This document shows, piece after piece, positions 1 to 11,820 of a stretch of 36,206 nt of DNA; position 1 is the stretch's first letter, and each line of letters opens with the position of its first letter. The DNA comes from Malacoraja senta. Its lineage: Eukaryota. The notes beneath the pieces are model-generated. The model saw nothing but the letters and a program-made list of their open reading frames with translations, was not told the origin of the DNA and did no database searches. The stretch spans positions 62,001 to 98,206 of the forward strand of contig JAXLNO010000638.1 of NCBI GenBank assembly GCA_038087875.1. The letters run 5' to 3'. Both the position numbers and the translations under genes were made by a program.

Positions 1-306
1 TAGCCCCACGATGGTGAGTCCGCAGCTCCACAGGCTCCGCGACTGGAGCCCCCAGGTCGTCCTGGTCGGAGGCCGCTCCACGGAGCTAGGCCCCAACGAC
101 AACGGAGACCCGACAGGGAAAAGGTCGGGTCTCCCGTGCAGGGAAGAGATTTTTAAAGTTTCCCCCTCCCCCCCCCCCGCCCCCCACATATACACAATTA
201 AAACAGTACAAAAAAAACACAAACAACTACATTTAACTAGACAAAAATAAAAAAAAAGACAGACGGGCTGTAGGGGCCGCTGCAGTAATCCGCGCCGCCG
301 CACTCC
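1..306 (-). mobile_element. 5' part of a GC-rich non-autonomous retroelement (same family as 27641-28358), cut by the window edge
   Basis: Colinear with 28115-28358 (ggctccgcgactggagcccc, ggaggccgctccacgg, ctaggccccaac, ggagacccgacagggaaaag, C-run, A-rich tract, aaagacagac); abuts a CR1 fragment. Confidence 0.75.
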
Positions 307-695
307 GGGATGAGGGGGAATCTTACAGAGGTGTACAAAATCATGAGAGGAATAGATTGGGTAGATGCACAGAGTCTCTTGCCCAGAGTAGGGAAAGCGA
401 GGACCAGAGGACATAGGTTCAAGGTGAAGGGGAAAAGATTTAATAGGAATCCAAGGGGTAACTTTTTCACACAGAGGGTGGTGGGTGTATGGAACAAGCT
501 GCCAGAGGAGGTAGTTGAGGCTGGGACTATCCCATCGTTTAAGAAACAGTTAGACAGGTACATGGATAGGACAGGTTTGGAGGGATATGGATCAAGCACA
601 GGCAAGTGGGACTAGTGTAGATGGGACATGTTGGCCAGTGTGGGCAAGTTGGGCCGAAGGTCCTGTTTCCACTGTATCACTCTATGACTCTATGA
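307..695 (+). mobile_element. CR1 LINE 3' end fragment
   Basis: ORF 310-615 reads RGNLTEVYKIMRG...RTRGH...FFTQRVVGVWNKLP, the typical CR1 ORF2 C-terminus; ends in a ctctatgactctatga tail. Confidence 0.9.
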
Positions 696-734
696 CTGGA
701 GCAAACATCTTCTGGCATCACTGGTGGAGTGATA

Positions 735-1100
735 GTGCCGGGTTAACAAACTCATCAGGAAGGCTGGTTCTGTCCTGGTGGTGGAGTTGGATTCATGGGA
801 GGTGGTCACCCCCTCCGTGACACACTGGTCAACCTGAGAAGTACCTTCAGCAACAGACTGGTTCCATCAAGATGCAGTACAGAACGCCACAGGAGATCCT
901 TCTTCCCTGTGGCTATCAAACTGTACAACTCCTCCCCCTTCCGTCGTGGGGTAGACTGACACCCTCCCCACCCCAATCTTTGCACATCCCCAATCCTTAC
1001 GACATCACTTTAATTTCACATTTCATGCATTTTGTGTTTTTATGACTGTTGACAGATCAAATCTCCTGGGATAAACAAAGTTCTATCGTATCTTATCGTA
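735..1100 (+). mobile_element. Rex1/Babar LINE 3' fragment
   Basis: Translates as RVNKLIRKAGSVL...RSTFSNRLV...TERHRRSFFPVAIKLYNS, then a 3' UTR ending in tatcg-like repeats; the same UTR recurs at 4042-4127. Confidence 0.75.
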
Positions 1101-1394
1101 GGAAGTGAACCCTCCCTCAAACACACTCGGACAGACACATGATGGGAAATGTGTAGAGGGAAATGTGACCAATCCGGGCAAATGGGACTAGCTTGGATGG
1201 GGCATCTTGTTTGGCATGGTTGAGTGGAGCTGAAGGGCCTGTTTCCATTTCCCTCAACTGACTAGCTTCATGCTTCTGGTCTCGCCTTTCAAAGACCCCA
1301 GGCCTCTTCTTAAACTGTTTATTATTGCTTCATCACCAGCTGAGAAATTGTGCAGTCCCATCTCACTGACGTTAACAATCACGTGTATCTCATA

Positions 1395-1815
1395 TAGCCA
1401 TAGAGTCGTACAACATGGCAACAGGCCCTTCAGCCCAACTCAACCATGCCAACCAAGATGCCCCATCTAAGCTAGTCCCATTTGCCCATATTTGTCACTT
1501 TTCCCTCTAAACCTTTCCAATCCATGTGTCTGTCCAAGTGTGTTTTAAAAGTTGTTATTGTATCTACCTTAAGTACCACCTTTGACAACTCATTCCTTAT
1601 ACCCACCACCGAGTGAAAACGTTGCCCCTCAGGTTCTTATTAAATCTTTTCTCTCTCTATGTTCTCTGGGTCTTGATTCCCCTATTCCAGGCAAAAGACT
1701 CTGAGCACTCATTCTTTCTACTTTCCTCAGGATCTTATACAACTCTATAAGATCACTTCTCAGCCTCCTGCGCTCCAGGGAATAAAGTCTAGCTGTGCTA
1801 ACCCTGCCCACACTG
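1395..1815 (-). mobile_element. CR1 LINE 3' fragment (a shorter plus-strand CR1 tail lies at about 1135-1250)
   Basis: ORF 1629-1811 LYSLERRRLRSDLIELYKIL; CR1-type 3' UTR. Confidence 0.85.
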
Positions 1816-1827
1816 CTCCATAGAATC

Positions 1828-1958
1828 TGTAGGAAAGAACTGCAGATGCTGGTTTAAATCGAAGGTAGACACAAAAAGCTGGAGTAACTCAGCGGGACAG
1901 GCAGCATCTCTGGAGAGAAGGAATGCGCGACGTTTCAGGTCGAGACCCTTCTTCAGAC
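1828..1958 (-). mobile_element. Penelope-like pLTR-derived short repeat with hammerhead-like core
   Basis: Reverse complement reads gtctgaagaagggtctcgacctgaaacgtcg...gatgctgcctgtcccgctgagttactccagc; flanked by tagaatctgt at 1821-1830 and 1984-1993. Confidence 0.75.
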
Positions 1959-2779
1959 CTTAGAATCCTTAGAATCAGCTCTGTAGAATCTGTTCATTAT
2001 ATTTTCTCAACTATTGTGCATTGATGCCAAAGCCCATATTTTCAGGTCTTCCAAGGTTAAAGAAACAGCAGACTGAATTCAAGGTTATGATTTAACCTTT
2101 ATGAGAGTTGCCAAACCGAAACGTCACCTATTCCTTTTCTCTAGAGATGCTGCCTGACCTGCTGGGCTACTCCAGGTTTTTGTGTCTGCCTTCTGGTTAA
2201 ATTTACTCCTGGCGACGTCATCATATGACCTTCTGCTGACAATGATACTGCCTCCATACTCACACCATGCTAGCAGCATCCCAGCCTCGTGGCACACTAC
2301 ATTTCCAGGTCATTTGTAAGCTGATTAGTTCCTTTGTTCCTCTGTTCAATGAACTTTTCTGTCGATCAGACAGCCTGATTTTACTCACACGGCTCCGTCT
2401 CCTGCATTGTAGCAAATATACGGAAGTTTTCAAAGTCACGTTTATTCTTTGCTTGCAGACTCGTCCTAAAGATTGACCTTCCAACCCCGGAGGCTGCAAG
2501 CAGTCCTGGCGGCTTGGAAACAAAGCAGCAGTCAGCTGGTGTCCACTGACTAAAACACTGCAGATTACAGCCTATCATCTGTGTTGCTGAATTTATTTAC
2601 ACCAAATCCTGCCACTTAATTACTCATTAACTTGAGAAGAGCATTTGACAAGAATACATTGGTGCACAGCAGCATTTCCATATCATGGTGTAAATATTAT
2701 GCTAAGATGACAGTGTTTTGCAGGAATTTCTTCTTTCCATTTCTTCACTTCCTGTCTCCAAACTACCCAACCGCCCCAA

Positions 2780-3303
2780 ATACACACACACACGTACATA
2801 CTCACACACTCACACGCACGTGCATACAGACACACACATACACTTTCTCACACCCGTACACACGCACACTCATACACGCACACACACACACACACACACG
2901 CACGTACATACAGACACACGCACACACACACGCACACACACATGCATACACTCACACACACATGTACATACAGACACGCACATTCTCACACACATACATA
3001 CACGCTCACACATACACACACACTCACATATACACACACACGCTCATACATACACACATACCCATGCACTTACAGACATATACCCACACACTTACAGACA
3101 CACACACACGCTCACAGACACATGCAAACACACACAGACTCATTCACATACACTTTTTCACACAGCCACACACACGCATAGCCACACATGCTCACACATA
3201 TACACACGCTCACACACATATACCCACACACAGACACGCACACTCATACACATACAGACATACACACACACACAAACACACACAGACACACTCTCACACA
3301 CAC
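2780..3303. repeat. Degenerate (CA)n-rich microsatellite / low-complexity tract
   Basis: About 520 bp of imperfect CA/CACG/CATA/CTCA units. Confidence 0.97.
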
Positions 3304-3414
3304 AATCCTTGGATTTGGCGCTGGATATCAATATGCTGACTGTCTAAGAGCCATCGCTCCAAGGTTAATGCATTACGCCTCCCTGCAGAATGTGTTGGAT
3401 GTCATTAGGATCAG

Positions 3415-4187
3415 GAGGCATCGAGTCCTACAGCACGGGCACAGGCCCTTGGGTCCACTGCTTCTGTGCCAAATATCAAGCACCCATCCACATTCACCTT
3501 GCAATAATTCCTGTATTCCCCACAACCAAGTCAAATCCTACCATTCACCTATGTACGAGAGGCAATTTATAGTGGCCATTTAATCTACCAACTCACATGC
3601 CATTGGGCTGTGAAAGGAAACTGGAGTACCAAGAGGAAATCCATATGGTCACAGGTAGAACGTGCAATCTCCACACAGACACCACCCAAGATCAGGACAT
3701 CAGGAAGATTGTTCCCGATGTTGGGGAAGTCCAGGACAAGGGGGCACAGTTTAAGGATTAAGGGGAAATCCTTTAGGACCGAGATGAGAAAAAACATTTT
3801 TCACACAGAGAGTGGTGAATCTCTGGAACTCTCTGCCACAGAAGGTAGTTGAGGCCAGTTCATTGGCTATATTTAAGAGGGAGTTGTGGCCCTTGGGGCT
3901 AAAGGGATCAGGGGGTATGGAGAGAAGGCAGGTACAGGATACTGAGTTGGATGATCAGCCATGATCATATTGAATGGCGGTGCAGGCTCGAAGGGCCGAA
4001 TGGTCTACTCCTGCACCTATTTTCTATGTTTTTATGTTTCTATCACTCAAATTTCACATTTCATGCATTTTGTGTTTTTATGACTGTTGGCAGATCAATT
4101 CTCCTGGGATAAATAAAGTTCTATCTATTGAACCTGGGTCTGGCGCTGTGAGGCAGCAGTTCTACCAGCTGCACCACTGTGCCGCCC
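3415..4187 (-). mobile_element. HE1/V-SINE-type tRNA-SINE split by a CR1 3' end (about 3697-4040, plus) and a Rex1-type 3' UTR (about 4042-4127, plus)
   Basis: SINE body to about 3696 (aagatcagga) resumes at about 4128 (ttgaacctgggtc...ccactgtgccgccc); the insert translates LFPMLGKSRTRGHSLRIKG. Confidence 0.75.
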
Positions 4188-4897
4188 TTAATCTCCTCTA
4201 CGCCATCTCCAGTGAATCACATCTTTCCTGCACCCAGAACTGTGCACAGTGCTACAGCTGTGGCCCAATCAATGTTTAATAATCCATAACCTTCCTACTC
4301 TTATATTCTATGCCTTGACTAATGAAGACAAATATACTGTTTGCCGTCTTCACCACCTTGTACAGCAAGATACCTCTGTTTCTTGTAAGGCCATGTTACC
4401 CTCTGAGGCCTTCCCATTCCTGTGGAAGGCCATACTGCTCATTGTTTTAATCCTAGCACCATTGCAATCTGCCTTGATTTATAGAGGCCATGAAATATTG
4501 GAATGAAATCTTCTCATGTCCCTCTGGTGAAACTTTCCAATTGAACCCATTCCTCTCTTGCCCTGTGCCTTGCAAGAAATTCCAACCATCCATCCAATCC
4601 AAGTTTATTTTACACAAGCTTGTTTTGTCCAGCAACTGCCATGGCTGGGCCATACTGCTTTTAATGCAAAAGTCTTAGGAGCAGCATGGTGGCACATGAG
4701 TAGAGTCGCTGCCTCACTGCACTAGCGACCCAGGTTCGATCCTGACTACGGGTATAGTAGCCATTTGCATATTTGCCGTCCATTTGCACCTTTGATCAGC
4801 ATATATGGGATGACATCTAATGAAAATATATCAATTAACCAGTCATTTAACTCCACTGACTAATTATGCTGCTGATAATTATTAACAGAACAGTGAA

Positions 4898-5027
4898 ATC
4901 TGAAGAAGGGCCTCGACCCAAAACGTCACCCATTCCTTCTCTCCAGAGATGCTGCCTGTCCCGCTGAGTAGCTCCAGCATTTTGTGTCTATCTTCAGTTT
5001 AAACCAGCATCTGCAGTTCCTTCCTAC
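4898..5027 (+). mobile_element. Penelope-like pLTR-derived short repeat
   Basis: ctgaagaagggcctcgacccaaaacgtcacc...ccagcatctgcagttcc; 8-bp direct repeat acagtgaa at 4890-4897 and 5028-5035. Confidence 0.8.
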
Positions 5028-5514
5028 ACAGTGAACCTTAGTAGTTTGGTGCGCTGTTAATTAAGCAATTCAGCCGCACCTCAAGCACATCTTCATAACA
5101 ACTTGCACTGATGACCTCAACCAAAGGATCAATGGAGCATCCGTGTTAGTATCAAAGAAGCCCATTCCCATGCTGTTTCTCTCTATTACTATGACTAGCT
5201 TGGGGGCAGTAATTAGATAAAATCACATTGTAAAATAGGCAATCATAGAGTCACACAGCATTTGTGCGAAAATGGAGGAAAAAAAATGTAAATATAAGTA
5301 AGTGACTACATTCTAATAATGAAATCAGGAGAAACTTCTTCAGTCGAAGTGTGGTCAACAAGTAGAACTTCCATTCAAATGGTGAGGGTGAGAAATGAGA
5401 GAGTGGAAGTTTATGTTGATCAGATTAGGGTGAAGGAGTTACGTTAGCAGAGTCAGTGACGTGGTCATTGGAGCTGCGAGTTCATCAGAAGTGCTATACA
5501 CAGCAGCATTTTAC

Positions 5515-5817
5515 AAAGAACTGCAGATGCTGGTTTATACCAAAGATAGATACAAAGTGCTGGAGTAACTAAGCAGGTGAGGCAGCATCTCTGGGGAAAA
5601 AAGAATGGGTGATGTTTTGGGTCGGGACCCTTCAGATTGAAAGTAGGGGGTGGGACCATGCTCCTGGTCTTTTCCTGCCTCCAGCTCTTCACTTCCTCCC
5701 CTCCCACACAGCCCCTACTTTCAGTCTGAAGAATGACCCCAACCAGAAACGTCACCCATCCTTTTTTCTCCAGAGATGCTGCCTGACCTGCTGAGTTACT
5801 CCAGCACTTCGTGTCTC
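5515..5817. mobile_element. Inverted pair of Penelope-like pLTR repeats
   Basis: Minus copy about 5515-5655 and plus copy about 5700-5817; gattgaaagtagggg is complementary to cccctactttcagtc. Confidence 0.75.
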
Positions 5818-6291
5818 GCATTTTAGTATATTTCGGACCATTGACTATGAAGTCTGATATGCACTGGGTTCTGACACAAAGCATGGTTTTTGTTCAAATT
5901 TTCCTCTTGTCTAAATGAATCATGCATGCACATCATATATGTACATAATTTCTCAATGAATGAAATTGAGGGGCCGACGTGTCAGTTTATTCATAAAATA
6001 TTGTGAACAATATATGTTTATGTCCATTCGATCATGTTGATGGATGTGGGTGGAAACGGTTTACAGCAGATTTTCACGCAAATTACAAGGGTTGGGATTT
6101 GTCCTTGAAATGAATACATTGAGTCGGGAGCGCTCCCGCGCACTTTGGACGAGATGTGAAGCTGAGGTCTCTCCTACCTGATTTACTGTACATAAAATAT
6201 CTCCGAACACCATTTGAAGACAGCTGAGTTATGTTTGCAAATAGTCATCCATCAAACAGCAGTACTGAATAAGAAATGCAGAGACTCAGAG

Positions 6292-6805
6292 GGAGTCAAG
6301 AGTCATGAGTGTGTTATTGTCGTATGTCTCAAACAGAACAATGTAATTCTTACTTGTAGCAGCACATCAGAATATGTAAACATAGTACTCTGTAAACAAT
6401 ATAATAAATGCCAAAAAGTTCAGAATATATATACTGAACTTTTTTTCATTTATTATTATATTATATATCTTATATATGTGTGTGTGTGTGTATACATATA
6501 TATAATACATAATATAATAATAAATGAAAAAAGTTCTATATATATATATACACATACATATATATATATATTTATATATACACACAACTAAAACATCCAC
6601 GCGCGCACACACACACACACACACACAATATATATATACATATATACTGTAGTTTAGTAGCCTGTTGGCTGTAGGGGAGAAGCTGTTCCTGAACCTGGAC
6701 TTGACAGTTTTCAGCCTCTTACATCATCTTCCCAATGGCAGGAGTGAAATGAGTGTGTGGCCATGGTGGTGTGGGTCTCTGATGATGCTGCCTGTCTTTC
6801 TGAGC
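6292..6805 (-). mobile_element. Rex1/Babar-like LINE 3' end with internal TA/CA microsatellites
   Basis: Minus strand reads IIRDPHHHGHTLISLLPLGR, matching the 9660-10110 copy; gactcatgactcttgactc tail. Confidence 0.7.
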
Positions 6806-7310
6806 CCCTTTGTCTTATTATGGTCTGTGGTGCTTCTCACTGGTGCATTGTATCCAGCTTTAGCATGCATTGCACCCTGTTTTGGTGTGCGCTCTCTCCT
6901 GTTTTGACCAGGGAAGTGTCCAGATTTGGTATATGCTGTTCCCTGCATTGATTCATGGTATATCCAGTTTTGATGTTATCGAGTTACCCAGCATGGAAAT
7001 AGGGCATTTGACCTGATTTTGCCCCGACGATCATGCACCCATTTATAATAATTACTTTTTTATTCTCCCTATTTTCTCCAACCAGATGTGTGGCCATAAC
7101 TGCCCTACGGGTCAAGTATAGGAAGATATAATTAATATGGATGTTCCCACTGTCTGACATGCACATGGTGGGCTGAATGGCCCATTTCCATGCTCTATGA
7201 CTCTATGAGATGTGTGATGTGCCCTTTGTTGGTGCAAGGCGGGGCCTGTTTTGTTCTGTTTTAGGTCTTTGTCCTGGTTTGGTGTCTGAACTATGACCTA
7301 TTAATGCTTG

Positions 7311-7520
7311 GAAGATAGACACAAAGTCCTGGAGTAACTCAGCAGGTCAGGCAACATCACTGGAGAAAGGGAATGGGTGACGTTTCATCAGACAAGTCTG
7401 AAGAATGGTCTAGACCTGAAACGTACCTATTTTTCTCCAGAAATACTGCTTAATCCGCAGAATTAATCCAGCATTTTGTGTCTATCTTCGGTTTAAACCA
7501 GCATCTGCAGTTCCTTCCTC
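7311..7520. mobile_element. Inverted pair of Penelope-like pLTR repeats
   Basis: Minus copy about 7311-7393 joined to a plus copy starting gtctgaagaatggtctagacctgaaacgt at about 7397. Confidence 0.75.
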
Positions 7521-8400
7521 CACCAATAATGCATGGTGTGCCTTGAGTTGGTACAAAGGTGTTTGGTGTGAGATATGTCCTGTTTCATTGAGTGTTGTGC
7601 CTCGTTTTGGCATGAAGCCTGTCCTCATTTGGCATGAGGTGGGCCCTGTTTTGAGAGTGTGCTCTGCAGAGTGATCCTTTGAGCCCATCAGTTAACCGTT
7701 GCCTAATTAAGGCCAGGTACAACATGTGTCCCTTGTTAGGTCCTCTTGAAGGCTCGAGTGCAGCTGCTGATTTCGGTGAATGTGTGAGCAGCTTTGCAGT
7801 GTTGGCTGTTAACTGGAGAAAAAAAAAGAAATTATAGAACAGAAAGGAGTCTCCAGCTGGCTGGGGGAAAGCATGTTACCATGCACACATACCCAGGAGC
7901 AATCATTTTATTGATTTTGTGTTGGCTGAGCAATATAAATATCTTGGTGGAGATCTCAGGGCGCATTTTTTCCCCTGTGCCAATAAATAACAACGATATA
8001 AATAACATTTCTGTTGCTATTTTGGGGCATGCGGAATTTCACTTGAACGCTGCTATTCATGAAAAATTCATGATGCACCACTCATGCGTAAAGAATAAGG
8101 ACAATTTCAGAGGCTTTACATGAATTATTGCAGCTGAAAGTGCTCAGAGCCTGAATCAGGCTGGGCATTACTGTCACACAGAGAATTGTTCCATTCCCTA
8201 TTCTCCCGCAGCTTTATGCAACTTTAGTTTATCACGCTAATACATTAATAAAATGGTACTGCAGAAGCCATGCATTTAGTTTAGTTTAGAGATACAGTGA
8301 GGAAACAGGCCCTTCGGCCCACCGAGTCAGCACCGACCAGCGATCCCCGCACATCAACACACTAGGGACAATTTACATTTACCAAACATTTACCAAACCA

Positions 8401-9367
8401 CAGGGTTGTGTGCTGAGCCCCCTCCTCTACTCCCTCTTCACCTACGACTGCACACCTGTACATGGTACTAACACCATCATCAAGTATGCAGATGATACAA
8501 CGGTGATTGGCCTCATCAGCGACAACGATGAGTCGGCCTATAGGGAGGTGGTCCAGCTCCTAGCAGCATGGTGCGCTGACAACAACCTGGCCCTTAACTC
8601 CAAGAAGACCAAGGAGCTCATTGTGGACTACAGAAGGTCTAGGGGTGGCACGCACACCCCCATCCATATTAACGGGACGGAGGTGGAGCGTGTTTCCAGC
8701 TTCAGGTGTCTGGGGGTCAACATCTCTGATGACCTCTCTTGGACCCACAATACATCAACACTGGTCAAGAAGGTTCACCAGCGTCTCTTCTTCCTGAGAA
8801 GACTAAAGAAGGTCCATCTGTCTCCTCAGATTCTGGTGAACTTCTACCGCTGCACCATCGAGAGCATCCTTACCAACTGTATCACAGTACGGTATGGCAA
8901 CTGCTCTGTCTCCGACCGGAATGCACTGCAGAGGGTGGTGAAAACTGCCCAACGCATCACCGGTTCCTCACTCCCCTCCATTGAGTCTGTCCAAAGCAAG
9001 CGATGTCTGCGAAGGGCGCGCAGCATCGTCGTGGACTGCTCTCACCCCAGCCACAGACTGTTTACCCTCCTCCCATCGGGGAGGCGCTACAGGTCTCTCC
9101 GTTGCCGGACCAGCAGGTTCATGAACAGCTTCTTCCCTGCGGCTGTTACACTACTGAACTCTGCACCTTGGTGATTGCCAGTCACCCCCCCCCGGACACT
9201 CCTCCCCCCAGAAAAAGTGAACTACTGCCACTGTTTGTACATATATATATTTTACTGTTCCATTATTCTATGTTCGCTCTTCTGTGTGAGATCTAACTGC
9301 ATTTTGTTGTCTCTGTACTGTACACTGCACAATGACAATAAAGATTGAATCTGAATCTGAATCTGAA
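8401..9367 (+). mobile_element. 5'-truncated Rex1/Babar LINE (C-terminal half of RT plus 3' UTR)
   Basis: PQGCVLSPLLYSLFTYDC...IKYADDTTVIGLI...KTKELIVDYR...FYRCTIESIL...NSFFP; AATAAA followed by a (gaatct)n tail. Confidence 0.92.
8410..9174 (+). pseudogene. Reverse transcriptase C-terminal fragment of the Rex1 LINE (open 254 codons, lacks N-terminus)
   Basis: YADD catalytic motif; frame uninterrupted to the natural stop; truncated at the PQG motif. Confidence 0.85.
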
Positions 9368-9659
9368 TTAACCGACAAACCTGCACATCTTTAGAGTGTG
9401 GGAGGAAACTGAAGATCTCGGGGAAAACCTACGCAGGACACGGAGAACATACAGACTCCGTATAGACAGCACCCATAGTCAGGATCGAACCCAGGGTCTC
9501 CGGCGCAGTAAGGCAGCAGCTCTACCGATGCGCCATTGTGCCGCCATGAGTGGGGATGTGTTGATGATCAGATGACAGAGGTAGTTTGTGAGAGATGGAA
9601 GGGTTAGTACTCAGAGTTGGGATCAAGTGTGGTGCTCTAGATATAAAGTTGTCCAGAAA

Positions 9660-10112
9660 AGAAAGAGATTACACAAAGTGGTGGACACTGCCCGGTCCAT
9701 CACAGGTACTGACCTCCCCACCATCGAAGGAAGGCACTGCCTCAAACAGGCAGCCAGCATGAGCAAGGACCCACACCACCCTGGCCACGTTCTCATCTCA
9801 CACCTTCCATTGGGACGAAGCAACAGGAGTGTGAAAACCGTGACCTCCAGGTTTCAAGAATAGCTTCTTCCCAACAACCATCAGGCTCTGGAACGTAACA
9901 AACACCTACTAAACTGTAAACTGCAACCTGTCTGGTTGCACTAAGGCCTTTGGGATTTTTGCATTAATATTGGGGATTTTAATTTATTGAATTTCTTTTT
10001 GTTTATCATGTTATTTATGAGTACTGTGTTTACGGGCCTGTTATGCTGCTGTTTCATTGTTCTATTTACAGTACATTTGACAATGAAACACTTTTGACTC
10101 ATGACTCTTGCC
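9660..10112 (+). mobile_element. Rex1/Babar-like LINE 3' fragment
   Basis: LHKVVDTARSITGTDLPTIEG...KDPHHPGH...LPLGRSNRSVKTVTSRF; gactcatgactcttg tail. Confidence 0.8.
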
Positions 10113-10464
10113 CATTGATGGATTGCAGCAAGAAGTATTTTTTTAACGTAGGTAGCCAAGGCTAGTTACCACTGGCAAGCTCCACTCTCTGGTGCCCCCT
10201 TGTCCAGAACCATTAAAGATTAGTGGACGTAGACCCCCTGTTATCTCCTGTGTGAATGGCCTGATCCATCCAAAGGTCTTACAAATAGTAATGGACATGG
10301 AAGTTGCAGAAGGCATCAAGCCTATTTGCACACAGCAATACACACAGTCATGTGTCACAGCCCACCTCAAAGACAGAATCATCGACTCTGGAAAGCACTC
10401 AAATCTTCGGTCATGTGATGGAATTTCTAGATAAATTGTCGTTATACTTCTTAATCAGGACAGT

Positions 10465-10645
10465 GGTAATTCAAAGCCCATGGAGGGTTTTAACACACAC
10501 TCCAGGATGGCACATGAGTGCTGTCTAATGAGGACTATTTTTCAATCGAGACATTAAACCAATGCTCCATCTGCCTGAGCTTGGCCGATTAACAGAGTTG
10601 TCTCCTGACCTTCCAGCCAATATTGTTACTTCACTCACCACAAGC
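10465..10645 (+). mobile_element. Degenerate DeuSINE (SacSINE1/AmnSINE1-like) central-domain fragment
   Basis: gagacattaaaccaatgctccatctgcc and gagttgtctcctgaccttccagccaatatt resemble the Deu domain as recalled from memory; not aligned. Confidence 0.5.
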
Positions 10646-10655
10646 AATAAATTAT

Positions 10656-10970
10656 GGGCAGCACGGTGGCACAGCTGGTAGAGCTGCTGCCTCACAGCGC
10701 CAAAGACCAGGGTTCGATCCTGGCCTCGAGTGCTGTCTGTGTGGAGTTTGCGCATTCTCCGTGTGATCACCCCACGGTTTCCTCCCACATCCCAAAGACG
10801 TGCGGGTTTGTAAGTTAACTGGCCTCAGTAAATTGCCCGAAGTGTGTAGGGAATGGACGAGAAAGTGCGGTAACACAGAACTAACGTGAATGGGGATCAA
10901 TGGTCAGCATAGTCTCGATGGGCTGAAGGGCCTGGTTCCTTCCTGCATCCTCTATCAATTCTAAACTAAA
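10656..10970 (+). mobile_element. Full-length HE1/V-SINE-type tRNA-SINE
   Basis: A box (tggcacagctgg), B box (ggttcgatcc), V-domain (gagtttgcgcattctcc...ggtttcctcccac), CR1-like tail and ctaaactaaa end. Confidence 0.9.
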
Positions 10971-11507
10971 AGTAAACTTTGAATCTGATAATTAATTCAG
11001 GGACTGTGCTATGCTAAATTGTCATGGCTGGAATTATAAGAATCCTGGATAGGAATGGCAGAGTGAGATTAGTAACCAGGGGACGTACATTTAAAGGAAT
11101 TAGATGCATCAGTTAGCGAAGAATTGAGAATTTTCTCTCCCCCTTTCGACCACCCCCCCCTCGCGAATGGTGGGTGATGATTTGGAGCTCTGCCTGAACT
11201 GCTGGTAGTGGCAGAAATCCTGATGGAATTTAAACTGTACCATGTTAAGACTAGGCGCTGGAAAGGGCATTAGTCAATTGTCTTTTTTCCAGTCGTAATG
11301 GACAAAACCTTTATTGCTGTGAATGTCTGATTCCATGAAAGCTCTCCTGCAGCTTACCAACATAACAAGTATACTTGCCCACAGGACAGTCAGCTGAACT
11401 TCTGAGATATTGGGAAACCTCTGTAATTAGCTTTGTTCGTGCCTCCTTGGCCAAAAGACAAGATAGATTCCTACATGTCCCTATTGCATTGTATGATTGA
11501 TTTATTG

Positions 11508-11820
11508 AAAGATACAGTACGGAAACTGGCCCTTCTGCCCACTGAATCCATGCTGACCATCAATCACCCATTCACACTAGTTCTATGTTATTCCACTTTC
11601 CCATCCACTCCCCACACATTCGGGGCAATTTACAGAGACTAATAATCTGACAAACCCACTCATGTTTGGGATGTGGGAGGAAACCAGAGCACCTGGAGGA
11701 AACAAACATGGTGACAGGGAGAAAGTGCAAACTCCATCCAGAAAGCACCCGAGGTCAGGATTGAACCGGGTCTCTGGCACTCTGAGACAGCAGCGCAATC
11801 AACTGCACCACTGAGCTGCC
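11508..11820 (-). mobile_element. HE1/V-SINE-type tRNA-SINE
   Basis: Reverse complement of the 10656-10970 organisation. Confidence 0.85.

Larger units (their letters stand above)
8277..9546 (-). mobile_element. HE1/V-SINE-type tRNA-SINE interrupted by a Rex1 LINE
   Basis: 3' part with (ctaaa)n tail at 8277-8400; 5' part with V-domain and tRNA-like head at about 9368-9546. Confidence 0.85.

Noticed and set aside
2632..3583. Long His/Thr-rich ORFs in several frames
   Set aside because: They are translations of the CA-rich microsatellite, which lacks stop codons.
4678..4755. tRNA-like sequence with A and B boxes (also at the head of every SINE)
   Set aside because: It is a truncated SINE head with no complete cloverleaf, not a tRNA gene.
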